A stretch of 35,517 bases of DNA from a virus, in the IMG/VR virus record IMGVR_UViG_3300028897_000210; one strand, written 5' to 3'. The position numbers and the translations under genes were made by a program. The notes below the pieces were generated by a model, which worked only from the letters and a program-made list of their open reading frames with translations, had not been told where the DNA came from and made no database searches. Below are positions 16,018 through 24,489 of the stretch, piece by piece (the stretch's first letter is position 1; each line of letters opens with the position of its first letter).

Positions 16018-16193
16018 CTAGAAGGGGAGACGAAATACTACTGATCGCCGGACTTGCTCTTGCGGGCTTCATCGCCAACGATGACCCCAAGCATCCGTCG
16101 TCGTACACCGCGCTTGCGAAAGTATCGGTGGAAGCTGCGGAGGCTTTGATGAACGAAGTGGAGGCCCGGTATGGCAGGGAAACCAGCGACTGA
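16014..16193 (+). CDS. early hypothetical protein (59 aa)
   Basis: ATG 16014 follows GGAGGAAAGG and forms an ATGA overlap with the upstream stop. The track start at 15999 is less likely. Confidence 0.5.
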   Translation: MTRRGDEILLIAGLALAGFIANDDPKHPSSYTALAKVSVEAAEALMNEVEARYGRETSD

Positions 16194-16401
16194 CAGACCT
16201 TTTCGGATTTTCGATGAAAAGGCGAAGAACAATCTACCCCATCGCTGCTACCTCACGGAGCAACGAGCGATCGACAAGGCCCTCACGCTCCTGTACTGGC
16301 TTGCGCTTGGGAATTCTTACACAGTCTATGACTCGCGCTCCGGCCGAGCCATTGTTCAATTTACAAGAAGGATAAACGGCATCTATGTTCTTAAGGATTA
16401 G
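16171..16401 (+). CDS. early hypothetical protein
   Basis: 76-aa ORF with GGAGG 8 nt upstream of the ATG. Confidence 0.55.
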   Translation: MAGKPATDRPFRIFDEKAKNNLPHRCYLTEQRAIDKALTLLYWLALGNSYTVYDSRSGRAIVQFTRRINGIYVLKD

Positions 16402-16612
16402 CATCGTTGTCGCTGCGGTATGGGCTTTCTATTGGTACGAGTATCGCCCCTCGGAAATTCGATCAACTTGCGAAGGAATATCAACAGAGCAAGCGGTCGA
16501 GCAGTTCGAAAACTTCAGGGGGAAAGATAAAAAGATCGAGGGCCTGTATTCCCGAAGCACTAAAGAAGCATTTTACTTGAATTGCCTCAACCACTACGGA
16601 CTTAAGGAGTGA
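16385..16612 (+). CDS. early membrane-anchored protein
   Basis: 75 aa. The N-terminal hydrophobic helix is MFLRISIVVAAVWAFYWY. Confidence 0.55.
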   Translation: MFLRISIVVAAVWAFYWYEYRPSEIRSTCEGISTEQAVEQFENFRGKDKKIEGLYSRSTKEAFYLNCLNHYGLKE

Positions 16613-16614
16613 AC

Positions 16615-16767
16615 ATGAAACTCGCAACGATACTTCTGGCCATGCTCTTCACTGGGCTGGCCTACGCTCAGGCATGCAGCACGCACTTCTACACATGGCC
16701 TGACGGTACGACGATGACGTGCCTGACGTGCTGCACTGGAACCGTCTGCACGACGACCTGTAACTAA
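16615..16767 (+). CDS. secreted Cys/Thr-rich mini-protein (50 aa precursor)
   Basis: AAGGAGtgaacATG precedes MKLATILLAMLFTGLAYA|QACSTHFYTWPDGTTMTCLTCCTGTVCTTTCN. The leader is Sec-type with an AYA-Q cleavage motif. The 32-aa mature part has 6 Cys and 11 Thr. It is absent from the track because it is under 60 aa. Confidence 0.6.
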   Translation: MKLATILLAMLFTGLAYAQACSTHFYTWPDGTTMTCLTCCTGTVCTTTCN

Positions 16768-16779
16768 CCCTTGCAATCC

Positions 16780-16819
16780 GGCGGGAATGCAGTAGCCTAT
16801 TGGTACTGGCATTCCCGCC
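16780..16819 (+). other. strong RNA stem-loop (11-bp perfect stem plus a 4-bp extension)
   Basis: GGCGGGAATGC (16780-16790) pairs with GCATTCCCGCC (16809-16819). Inner AGTA/TACT pairing extends the stem. No U-tract follows. Confidence 0.7.
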
Positions 16820-16838
16820 AGCAACTCAGGAGAACCTC

Positions 16839-16973
16839 ATGGGCTACAAATACATCGGCGTCCCAAAGCCGCGCGGGCTTAGGATCTACCGCATGACGAA
16901 CGAACATGGCCGTAAGCTCTGGTCTGCATGGTGCATCAGTACTCGGTGGTTTTCCCTTTACATCTGGAGATAG
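16839..16973 (+). CDS. possible 44-aa early peptide
   Basis: CAGGAGAACctcATG precedes MGYKYIGVPKPRGLRIYRMTNEHGRKLWSAWCISTRWFSLYIWR. It fills the gap before the DUF932 gene. Confidence 0.3.
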   Translation: MGYKYIGVPKPRGLRIYRMTNEHGRKLWSAWCISTRWFSLYIWR

Positions 16974-16975
16974 TC

Positions 16976-17809
16976 ATGGCACAAGCCCTTGTATCCCGCG
17001 CCCGCGTTACGCGGAGCGTGAACGACCTGCCGCTGACCCCTGCGGCTATGAAACTCGGTGCTCCCGCAATTTTCGCGGATAAGCCGAGCGAAAGAGTGAG
17101 CAGCAAGTATATCTACATTCCCACCCATACCATCTTATCCGCGCTGGAAGACGAAGGCTTTCGCGTGTACGAAGTGGCGCAAGCGAGGCCGCACAAGAAG
17201 TATGCGGAGCGCGAGCCTTACGCGAAGCACATGCTCCGCCTTCGGCCCGAAGCCCCCAAGAAGCGCAGCCTGCGGGATAGCATCCCCGAACTCGTGTTGC
17301 TGAACGCTCACGATGGTACCGCGCGCTACACGCTTTTCGTGGGAATGTACCGCTTCATCTGTGCCAACGGATTGATTGTGGGCACGACTTACGGTGGCAT
17401 CAACATCAGACATACCGGCACAGAGACTTCACGCATCGTAACTGACGAAAGCATGAAGCTCACCAACGACTTTGGCCGGGTGGTGGAGATGGCCAACGAC
17501 ATGAAGCGAGTGGAACTCAAGGCCAAGAAGCAGCGCGCGCTCGCGGAAGCTGCTCTGCACCTCCGCTGGCCGCACGATAATGCCCCCATCGGACCCGACC
17601 ATCTCCTTGCTGTCCGCCGTGAAGCGGATGCGGCCAACGACTTGTGGACGCTGTATAACCGCATCCAGGAGAACCTCATGACCGGCGGCATGGAGACGCG
17701 CAGCTTCATGTTTAACCGACGGTCGCATGTCCGCCCCATCCAGCAGATCGGACAAACGGTGGACATCAACCGGCAGTTGTGGGACTTGGCCGCAGGCTTG
17801 CTCAAGTAA
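16976..17809 (+). CDS. DUF932-family protein
   Basis: ATG 16976 follows GGAGA, while the track start is 16928. The stretch ...IPELVLLNAHDGTARYTLFVGMYRFICANGLIVG...IRHTG... matches my recollection of the DUF932 core (R.vC.NGl). Confidence 0.6.
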   Translation: MAQALVSRARVTRSVNDLPLTPAAMKLGAPAIFADKPSERVSSKYIYIPTHTILSALEDEGFRVYEVAQARPHKKYAEREPYAKHMLRLRPEAPKKRSLRDSIPELVLLNAHDGTARYTLFVGMYRFICANGLIVGTTYGGINIRHTGTETSRIVTDESMKLTNDFGRVVEMANDMKRVELKAKKQRALAEAALHLRWPHDNAPIGPDHLLAVRREADAANDLWTLYNRIQENLMTGGMETRSFMFNRRSHVRPIQQIGQTVDINRQLWDLAAGLLK

Positions 17810-17861
17810 CCCCAGCATGCTACCCTACGGGCGCAGGTAGGCTACGAGTACGGATAGGAGT

Positions 17862-18086
17862 ATGGATACTAGAACGATAGAATTGTTCAGCGTGTTGCTG
17901 CACGTTGAATATACACTCCACGAAGCCAACGAACGTGTGGATATTCACAATATCCGCGTTGTGAACGACGTTGGCCGCCCTGTCGGGCCAGACCTGCGCC
18001 CGCTTCTTGCATCACTAGAAACTATCGAGGGGGCCTCCGTGCGAGGCCTCATCGCCCATTTGACTGGAGCAAAATATGCCCACTAA
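17862..18086 (+). CDS. hypothetical protein
   Basis: 74-aa ORF with TAGGAG before the ATG. Confidence 0.55.
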   Translation: MDTRTIELFSVLLHVEYTLHEANERVDIHNIRVVNDVGRPVGPDLRPLLASLETIEGASVRGLIAHLTGAKYAH

Positions 18087-18462
18087 CATCCAGATCCTAA
18101 AGCTGGCGCACGACTGGGATAAGGCCCGCGCGCACAGGCTGGCCGAGCAGAAGAAAGTAGACGAGCTTGAAGTGACCGAGAAAAGACTGAAGAAACTCCT
18201 GATGGAAGCCATTAGGGCGACCAAGGCGCAGAGCGTAGGCGACAAGAACTATGTGTACGCCGTGACCTCGAAAGAAGAACCCTCTCCTGAAAACTGGCCG
18301 AAGATTTACCAGTACATCCAAAAGACTGGAAGCTTCGACCTGCTGTACCGCCGACTGAACGCTGCTGCTGTGAAAGAGCGGTGGGAGGAAGGCGTCAAGA
18401 TTCCCGGGATTACCAAGTTTCCCGTGGAAGACATTTCACGCACTAAAGCGAAAGGAGCATGA
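18076..18462 (+). CDS. hypothetical protein (replication/recombination module)
   Basis: 128-aa ORF with GGAGCAAAAT before the ATG. Confidence 0.55.
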   Translation: MPTNIQILKLAHDWDKARAHRLAEQKKVDELEVTEKRLKKLLMEAIRATKAQSVGDKNYVYAVTSKEEPSPENWPKIYQYIQKTGSFDLLYRRLNAAAVKERWEEGVKIPGITKFPVEDISRTKAKGA

Positions 18463-18464
18463 CC

Positions 18465-19262
18465 ATGAAAGTAAAGAAGAAAACCGCCAAGACGAATGTA
18501 GTCCCCGCGGGACAGACTGCGGTGGCACTCCCGCAGGAGTGGGAAGACCAGCTTGCCGCCGAAGCGCAGAATGCTGCGGCGATCGAGCGACCGGAGACCG
18601 CAGCGTTCAGCCTGCGCGCGGGCGTGCTGTCCTTCGGGGGCCAGCCCATAAAGGATAACAAGATGCAGACCATCGTCTTGTCGTCCGCGCATGAGCGGGC
18701 GTACTTCGACACCGACTTCGACCCCAAAAATATCCGGAGTCCGATTTGCTTCGCGCTTTCGGAGACTGGGGAAGGCATGACGCCGCACAACAACTCGCTC
18801 CATAAGCAAGCCGAAAGCTGCGAAGAGTGCGCCATGAACGAGTGGGGTAGCGATCCCAAGGGCGGGCGCGGGAAGGCGTGCAAGGAGGTGAGGCGACTAG
18901 CGTGCATGAGCGATGGCGCGCTGGAAGACCTTGACCAGATGGCAGACTCGCAGGTTGCGCTCCTGCGCGTACCCGTGACCAGCGTGAAGAATTGGGGCGG
19001 CTACGTCCACAAGCTGGCTTCGGGCAACAGGCCTCCGTGGTCTGTCATCACCGAGGTGCACGTCGTGCCGGACCAGAAGAGCCAATTCCAAGTCAAGTTT
19101 GATTTGGTGGAAGCTCTGACCAACGCGGAAGAGCTCAAGGAGGTCAACGCGCAGCGCAAGCGCGGGCAGGCGCTGGCGATGATTCCGTATCAAATAGCAA
19201 CCGAGCTCGAGGAAGAGGAAGAGCCGCAGCCTCGGGCCAAGAAAAAGAAAAGGAAATTCTAA
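18465..19262 (+). CDS. possible ssDNA-binding or annealing protein with a Cys cluster and charged tail
   Basis: The second ATG, at 18465, has the better SD spacing (AAAGGAGcatgaccATG). The protein contains CFALS...CEECAMNEWGSDPKGGRGKACKEVRRLAC and ends ELEEEEEPQPRAKKKKRKF. The function is a guess. Confidence 0.35.
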   Translation: MKVKKKTAKTNVVPAGQTAVALPQEWEDQLAAEAQNAAAIERPETAAFSLRAGVLSFGGQPIKDNKMQTIVLSSAHERAYFDTDFDPKNIRSPICFALSETGEGMTPHNNSLHKQAESCEECAMNEWGSDPKGGRGKACKEVRRLACMSDGALEDLDQMADSQVALLRVPVTSVKNWGGYVHKLASGNRPPWSVITEVHVVPDQKSQFQVKFDLVEALTNAEELKEVNAQRKRGQALAMIPYQIATELEEEEEPQPRAKKKKRKF

Positions 19263-19639
19263 TGCGCTGCCCTGATTGCAACAAATTCGTCAGTCTCGAG
19301 TTTCAACCTCCCGAGGTTGACGATCTCGAGTACGATGGTCAGAACGTCACAGGCACGGTGCGTCTCACGCGCACCTGTGCCGAGTGTAGCCAAGAATTGA
19401 AGGAGGCTACGCTGGACATTAACGCGGAGGTTGACGCGGAGTGGGCGGAGAAGCATGATGGCCACAACATCTCGGTCGAGTTCGACCCGGAGGAAATTGA
19501 AGAGGGTGGGGGCCGCTACGCCAAGTCGTACTTCGGGGCGGGCGGCAGCATTCAGGTCAAGTGCGACGACTGCAACGAAACGACCGAGGTTGAGTGGTCT
19601 GACAAAGTCGCCGCCAGTCACATGGAGGAGCTTGTCTAA
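19262..19639 (+). CDS. zinc-ribbon protein
   Basis: 125 aa with the pairs CPDC...CAEC and a third CDDC. Confidence 0.55.
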   Translation: MRCPDCNKFVSLEFQPPEVDDLEYDGQNVTGTVRLTRTCAECSQELKEATLDINAEVDAEWAEKHDGHNISVEFDPEEIEEGGGRYAKSYFGAGGSIQVKCDDCNETTEVEWSDKVAASHMEELV

Positions 19640-19719
19640 AGAAGCGGCTGCGCTGGCGGAGCAAGAAAGCCGCGCAGCCGAACGCAACTCCTACTACGAC
19701 GTCGATTGGGAGATGATGG

Positions 19720-21531
19720 ATGTCTTCGACTTTATTGACCCTTGACCTGGAAACGGAGGCCATCGGTGGCGAAGGACCGGGTAAGCAAAACCCTAGCAGA
19801 TGGCCTCCGCGCCCAGTCGGGATGGCGTACAAATGGCTCGGGACAGCGCCAAGGTACCTGCGCTGGGGCCACCCCAGCGGTAACAACTGCGGCGGTCCTG
19901 ACAAAGCCAAGCGCATTGTAGCGCAGGCAATCCAGGACGGCGTGCCGCTGCTATTTCACAATAGCAAGTTCGACACTGCGGTGATGATGGAACATTGGGG
20001 CATGGCATTCCCGGATCCCCTAAAAGTCCATGACACAATGTTTCAGATATTTCTGTACGACCCCTATGCCTCCAGTTTTTCGCTGAAGCCCAGCGCCGAG
20101 CGCATACTCGGGATGGCTCCGGAGGAACAAGAAGAGCTTCGGGATTGGATATTGGCGCACATTCCTTGCAAGCCGACCGAGTGGGGGGCGCATATCGCAG
20201 ATGCGCCGGGAGCATTGGTGAGTCCATACGCGCGCGGAGACGTAAGGCGTACTGAAAAGCTGTTCCGTTTTCTGCGCAAGCGCGTACCGTTGGAGGCCTA
20301 CCAGCGCGAGCAGAAGCTAATGCCGATTATCCAAAGAGCTGAAAAGCTGGGCATCGCTTTGGATACTGAGCATTTCCAAGAAGACATAGTAATGTACGAG
20401 GAAACGCTGGTACGCACAGAAGATTGGCTGCGGCGCACGCTCAAGGCTGACCACATAGACTTCAACAAGGGAGACCAAGTTGCGGATGCCCTAGAGAGGG
20501 CGGGCAAAGTCGGACGCTGGGTGCTCACGCCTACCGGGCGGCGCAGCACGAGTAAAGAAAACTTGGAAGCTGCAATCAAGTCGCCGCTCGTGCTGAAGTA
20601 TTTGCGATATCGAAATGCGCTGGCGCACTGTATGTCCATGTTCTTCCGACCGTGGGCAAAGCTAGAGCATGGAGGGCGGCTATTCCCAGAGTGGAATCAG
20701 GTACGCCAAGCTAAAACAGATCGAGACCCCAAGGGTACCCGTACCGGGCGGCTGAGCAGCAACAATCCAAACTTCCAAAATCCCCCCAATGAGTACACGA
20801 TTGAAGTACCAAAAGGATACCCGACTCTGCCCATTATGCGGAAATACCTTGTTCCTGATAAGGGCTACGTCTGGTGCAAGCGCGATTATTCACAGCAAGA
20901 ATTGCGTATCTTGGCTCACTTTTCTGAGGGGCGACTTTTCGACCGCTATCAAGAGAACCCTAAGATTGACGCGCATGCCGAAACAGGGGAGTTGATTAAA
21001 GAGCATGCCCATAAAGAGCTTCCGAGAAAGTATATCAAGATAACCGGCTTTTCAGTTATCTACGGCTCCGGGCTGCGCGGGCTGGCGCAGCAGCTTGATG
21101 TTCAGATGGGCGAAGCTGAAACCGTGCGCTCGGCATATTTCAAAGCTCTGCCTGAAGTGCCCTCGCTGATGCGGACGTGTATGAATTGCGGCCGGTCCGG
21201 TGAAGGGATAACTACGTGGGGCGGGCGACACTATATCGCCGAAGTAGCTCCGGATGGTAGGAGATTCGATTACAAGTTGCTGAACTACCTTATTCAAGGC
21301 AGCGCGGCTGACTGTACGAAAGAAGCCCTTATCAGATGGGACTCCGTGAATAAGCACGCCAACTTCCTTGTTACGGTGCATGACGAAAACAATATCCAAG
21401 CGCCCCGCGAGCGGTGGAAAAAAGACATGCGCCTGCTGCGCGAGGCCATGGAGTCAATTGAGTTCGACGTTAAAATGCTCAGCGATGGATTTGTTGGAGA
21501 TAGCTGGGCGAAATTGGAGGCAACAGAATGA
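19720..21531 (+). CDS. family A DNA polymerase with 3'-5' exonuclease domain
   Basis: Exo motifs are LDLETE, HNSKFD and YARGD. Polymerase motif A is DYSQQELRILAH, motif B is RKYIKITGFSVIYG, and motif C is VHDE. Confidence 0.92.
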   Translation: MSSTLLTLDLETEAIGGEGPGKQNPSRWPPRPVGMAYKWLGTAPRYLRWGHPSGNNCGGPDKAKRIVAQAIQDGVPLLFHNSKFDTAVMMEHWGMAFPDPLKVHDTMFQIFLYDPYASSFSLKPSAERILGMAPEEQEELRDWILAHIPCKPTEWGAHIADAPGALVSPYARGDVRRTEKLFRFLRKRVPLEAYQREQKLMPIIQRAEKLGIALDTEHFQEDIVMYEETLVRTEDWLRRTLKADHIDFNKGDQVADALERAGKVGRWVLTPTGRRSTSKENLEAAIKSPLVLKYLRYRNALAHCMSMFFRPWAKLEHGGRLFPEWNQVRQAKTDRDPKGTRTGRLSSNNPNFQNPPNEYTIEVPKGYPTLPIMRKYLVPDKGYVWCKRDYSQQELRILAHFSEGRLFDRYQENPKIDAHAETGELIKEHAHKELPRKYIKITGFSVIYGSGLRGLAQQLDVQMGEAETVRSAYFKALPEVPSLMRTCMNCGRSGEGITTWGGRHYIAEVAPDGRRFDYKLLNYLIQGSAADCTKEALIRWDSVNKHANFLVTVHDENNIQAPRERWKKDMRLLREAMESIEFDVKMLSDGFVGDSWAKLEATE

Positions 21532-22181
21532 CAACAAAGTCCCTCTTACCGTGGTCGATTTCTAGGCTCAGTATGTACGAGCGTTGTCCAGCTTCGGCTG
21601 CGTATCGTCACATTCACGGGATATACACGCCCAAATCCCCAGCGGCAGACCGTGGAATAGAAATTCACGGCTCCGTAGAACGCTTTCTCTTGCATAGGCA
21701 AGCGTTCGTACATCCATCCGTGACGCGATATCAGCCTCTTTTATCCCGCATCCGCAAGAACACTCCCCATGTCGAACATCGCCTTGCTGTTGATGAGGAA
21801 TGGCAACCAACTGATTGGATGGACTGCTGGGGGCGATCTGTGATTGATGCCAGCACGGAAGAAAAGTCCACGCTGGTAATCTGGGAGTGGAAGAGCGGTA
21901 AAATCTACGATGACCATAAGGAGCAACGAAAAGCATACGCTGTCTTCGCGCACGCGCACTGGCCCGAGTACGACTACTACGAAGTGAGGACAGTTTACTT
22001 CGATCAACGCAAGCGGTCGAAACTCAAGGTAAAGCCAAAACAAATCAAGATATACAGGGAAGAGTTTGAAGAACGAGTGGGCATAATGTCTGTTGATACC
22101 ATGTATTCCCCGCGCCCCGGCTTCTACTGTAAGTGGTGCGGATATTCAAAGTATTTGGGAGGACCATGCCGTTCGGGGTGA
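21528..22181 (+). CDS. Cas4/RecB-like PD-(D/E)XK exonuclease with a 4-Cys cluster
   Basis: Cys in YERCPASAAY plus the C-terminal CKWCGY...GPC. Nuclease motifs are VID..., EWK and QRKAY. Confidence 0.75.
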   Translation: MTTKSLLPWSISRLSMYERCPASAAYRHIHGIYTPKSPAADRGIEIHGSVERFLLHRQAFVHPSVTRYQPLLSRIRKNTPHVEHRLAVDEEWQPTDWMDCWGRSVIDASTEEKSTLVIWEWKSGKIYDDHKEQRKAYAVFAHAHWPEYDYYEVRTVYFDQRKRSKLKVKPKQIKIYREEFEERVGIMSVDTMYSPRPGFYCKWCGYSKYLGGPCRSG

Positions 22182-22564
22182 GACTTGAAAGAGATATAGA
22201 GCTACGAGTTGTAAATTGGATTTGGAATGTTCACAAAATCCGAACTATAAAGCTCAACATCTACGGGAACAGAGGTTATCCAGACCGCATATTTCTGATG
22301 CCCCTGCGGCCCGCGTGGATAGAATTCAAACGTCCCGGCAAGAAAGTACGCAAACTTCAAGACTACCGTATAACGGAACTCATAGAGATCGGATATGATG
22401 CAATCTCAACGGATAGCGCGACGGAAGCCATCGAGTGGCTTGGAAGAATTTATACCGCACGACTATCAGAAGCAGGCTATTCGGCTAGCGATATCGCAAG
22501 CATGCGCAGGATTTCTGTTACGTCCTGGATTAGGGAAAACAAGCATCACGCTGGCAGCGTATAG
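22166..22564 (+). CDS. VRR-NUC domain nuclease
   Basis: ATG 22166 follows GGGAGG, and the track start at 22133 is a GTG. Motifs are GYPD, IEFKRPG and KLQDYRI. The 3' 170 nt overlap the SNF2 gene out of frame. Confidence 0.7.
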   Translation: MPFGVRLERDIELRVVNWIWNVHKIRTIKLNIYGNRGYPDRIFLMPLRPAWIEFKRPGKKVRKLQDYRITELIEIGYDAISTDSATEAIEWLGRIYTARLSEAGYSASDIASMRRISVTSWIRENKHHAGSV

Positions 22565-23804
22565 AATTCTTAAGAAGCACGGATACGTCCGCGGAGTGCT
22601 GATAGTCACCCCTCTAAGACCAATGTATCACACGTGGCCCGGCGAAATTCATAAGTGGCGACAATTCAAAGGGTTGCGCCCCGGCCTATTACATGGCGCG
22701 CGTAAAATGGAGACCTTACACGGGCACAAAGGGAGCGTGTACCTGATCAACCCTGAGGGAATCGATTGGCTGACAGATCAACTGGCTAAAATGAAGCGTT
22801 GGCCATTCGATGTTCTTGTGGTTGACGAGTCCACGAAGTTTAAGGACTCCAGGACTAAACGCTTCAAGGCGCTGCGCAAGCTGATCCCGAAATTCAAGCG
22901 GCGGTATATCCTGACTGGGACTGTGGCCCCCAATGGGCTGCTGGATCTCTTTGGTCAAATCTACATTCTCGACGAGGGGCACTCGTTGGGGCGGTACATC
23001 ACGCACTATCGGAATATGTTTTTCGTCCCGGGCGGGTACGGGGGGTACTCATGGTCTCCAAGACAGGATGCCATGGAAGAAATTGTGGAGCGCATCAAGC
23101 CTCTGGTATTCGTAATGAATGAAGAGGACGTGGTCAAGCTCCCAAAGCTGATCAACAACTACATCTGGCTCGACCTGCCAGAACAGGCGCGGCGCGTGTA
23201 CCGAGATTTGGAAGAAGAATTCCTTACCATACTCGAAGACGATATTATCACGGCTCCCAGCGCGGCGGCGGCTGGAGTGAAATGCAGGCAGGTTCTGAAT
23301 GGAGCCTTATATATCAATTCCGAGCATGACTGGCGAGAGGTTCATAAGGCGAAGCTCGACGCCCTGCAAGATCTTGTAGAAGAGCTGAGTGGAGACCCGC
23401 TACTACTCCTGTACGAATTTGAGCATGATGCCGAACGGTTGGAGAAGCTTCTGGGCTGGCCGCGCGTAGGAAAAGGGTCGCCCAAGAAGGATAATCAAAT
23501 CCTCGACAACTTCAATAAGGGCATACTCCCGGGGATAATTGCTCACCCCGCGAGCGCGGGGCATGGATTAAATCTACAGGAAAAGTGCGCGAACGTCTGT
23601 TGGTTCGGATTAACATGGAACCTGGAACACTATGACCAAGCGATTCGTCGTGTTTGGCGTCAAGGTAATTCCGCTACCCGCGTTATCAATCACCATATTT
23701 GCATCCGTAATTCGTTGGATGAAACGGTGGTGCAGGCGTTAGCGCAGAAAGACCGCACGCAGCGGGCATTGACTGATTTGCTTAGGGGCTTGCCAAGAAG
23801 CTAG
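22395..23804 (+). CDS. SNF2-family helicase
   Basis: HDYQKQAI, Walker A PGLGKTS, DESTKFK and LTGTVAPNGLLDLF, followed by a helicase-C half. Confidence 0.88.
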   Translation: MMQSQRIARRKPSSGLEEFIPHDYQKQAIRLAISQACAGFLLRPGLGKTSITLAAYRILKKHGYVRGVLIVTPLRPMYHTWPGEIHKWRQFKGLRPGLLHGARKMETLHGHKGSVYLINPEGIDWLTDQLAKMKRWPFDVLVVDESTKFKDSRTKRFKALRKLIPKFKRRYILTGTVAPNGLLDLFGQIYILDEGHSLGRYITHYRNMFFVPGGYGGYSWSPRQDAMEEIVERIKPLVFVMNEEDVVKLPKLINNYIWLDLPEQARRVYRDLEEEFLTILEDDIITAPSAAAAGVKCRQVLNGALYINSEHDWREVHKAKLDALQDLVEELSGDPLLLLYEFEHDAERLEKLLGWPRVGKGSPKKDNQILDNFNKGILPGIIAHPASAGHGLNLQEKCANVCWFGLTWNLEHYDQAIRRVWRQGNSATRVINHHICIRNSLDETVVQALAQKDRTQRALTDLLRGLPRS

Positions 23805-23818
23805 ACAACCCTTACAAT
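23790..23818 (+). promoter_or_regulatory. sigma70-type promoter TTGCCA-N17-TACAAT
   Basis: TTGCCA (23790-23795), an exact 17-nt spacer, then TACAAT (23813-23818). It lies about 80 nt upstream of ATG 23897. A CTCCCT...AGGGAG hairpin (23826-23859) starts near the predicted TSS. Confidence 0.5.
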
Positions 23819-23896
23819 ACAAAAACTCCCTCCTCGCGGGCAGGCGGCGGGATAGGGAGCTACCCCAGCCTGCAAACCTTCTTTAGGAGAGTAGAA

Positions 23897-24472
23897 ATGG
23901 CAACTCGTGGAAAGAAAGCGCCGCCCCCGGCGAAAGAGGACCCCAAGGCCAAGGAAAAGGACAAGGCCAAGGACAAGGCCAAGAAGCCGGGCCGGTTCGA
24001 GTCGCGGCTCAACCCCAACCACTTCATCACGATGCTGGTGGACTACAACCCCAAGCGCGCGGGTAGTGAGAGCCACGACCGCTTCGAGAACTACCAAGAC
24101 GGAATGACGGTGGCCGAGGCTCTCAAGGCGGGCGTCACCAGCGGCGACCTGAATTGGGACATCAAGCACGGCTTCATCAAGGTGGCCGAAGAGCACGACG
24201 AAAACGCCGAGAAGAAGTCGAAGCCCGCCCCGAAGGCGAAGGCCAAGAAAGAGGCCAAGAAAGAAGAGCCGAAGCGCGGTAAGAAAGCGGCCAAAGAAGC
24301 CGAAGAGGAGGAGGACGAAGACGAAGAGGAGGACGAAGACGAAGAGGAGGACGAAGACGAAGACGAAGACGAAGAGGAGGACGAAGAGGAAGACGAAGAA
24401 GACGAAGAAGACGAAGAAGACGAAGAAGACGAAGAGCCGGTCAAGCCCACTCGCGGGCGCGGCAAGAAGTAG
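23897..24472 (+). CDS. charge-block protein: Lys-rich N-terminus, small globular domain, Lys-rich linker, 45-residue poly-Asp/Glu tract
   Basis: 191 aa with TAGGAGAG before the ATG. The sequence runs MATRGKKAPPPAKEDPKAKEKDKAKDKAKKPG...KSKPAPKAKAKKEAKKEEPKRGKKAAKEA, then 45 consecutive D/E residues, then PVKPTRGRGKK. Confidence 0.8.
   Translation: MATRGKKAPPPAKEDPKAKEKDKAKDKAKKPGRFESRLNPNHFITMLVDYNPKRAGSESHDRFENYQDGMTVAEALKAGVTSGDLNWDIKHGFIKVAEEHDENAEKKSKPAPKAKAKKEAKKEEPKRGKKAAKEAEEEEDEDEEEDEDEEEDEDEDEDEEEDEEEDEEDEEDEEDEEDEEPVKPTRGRGKK
24302..24436. repeat. GAR/GAY codon tandem repeat (encodes the acidic tract)
   Basis: Repeating gaagaggaggacgaagac and gaagaagac units, 135 nt in total. Confidence 0.9.
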
Positions 24473-24489
24473 CACCCCGGCGGGCGACC

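Noticed and set aside
16771-16800. TTGCAA ... TATTGG as a promoter for the next gene
   Set aside because: The spacer is about 21 nt, and both hexamers lie inside the strong stem-loop.
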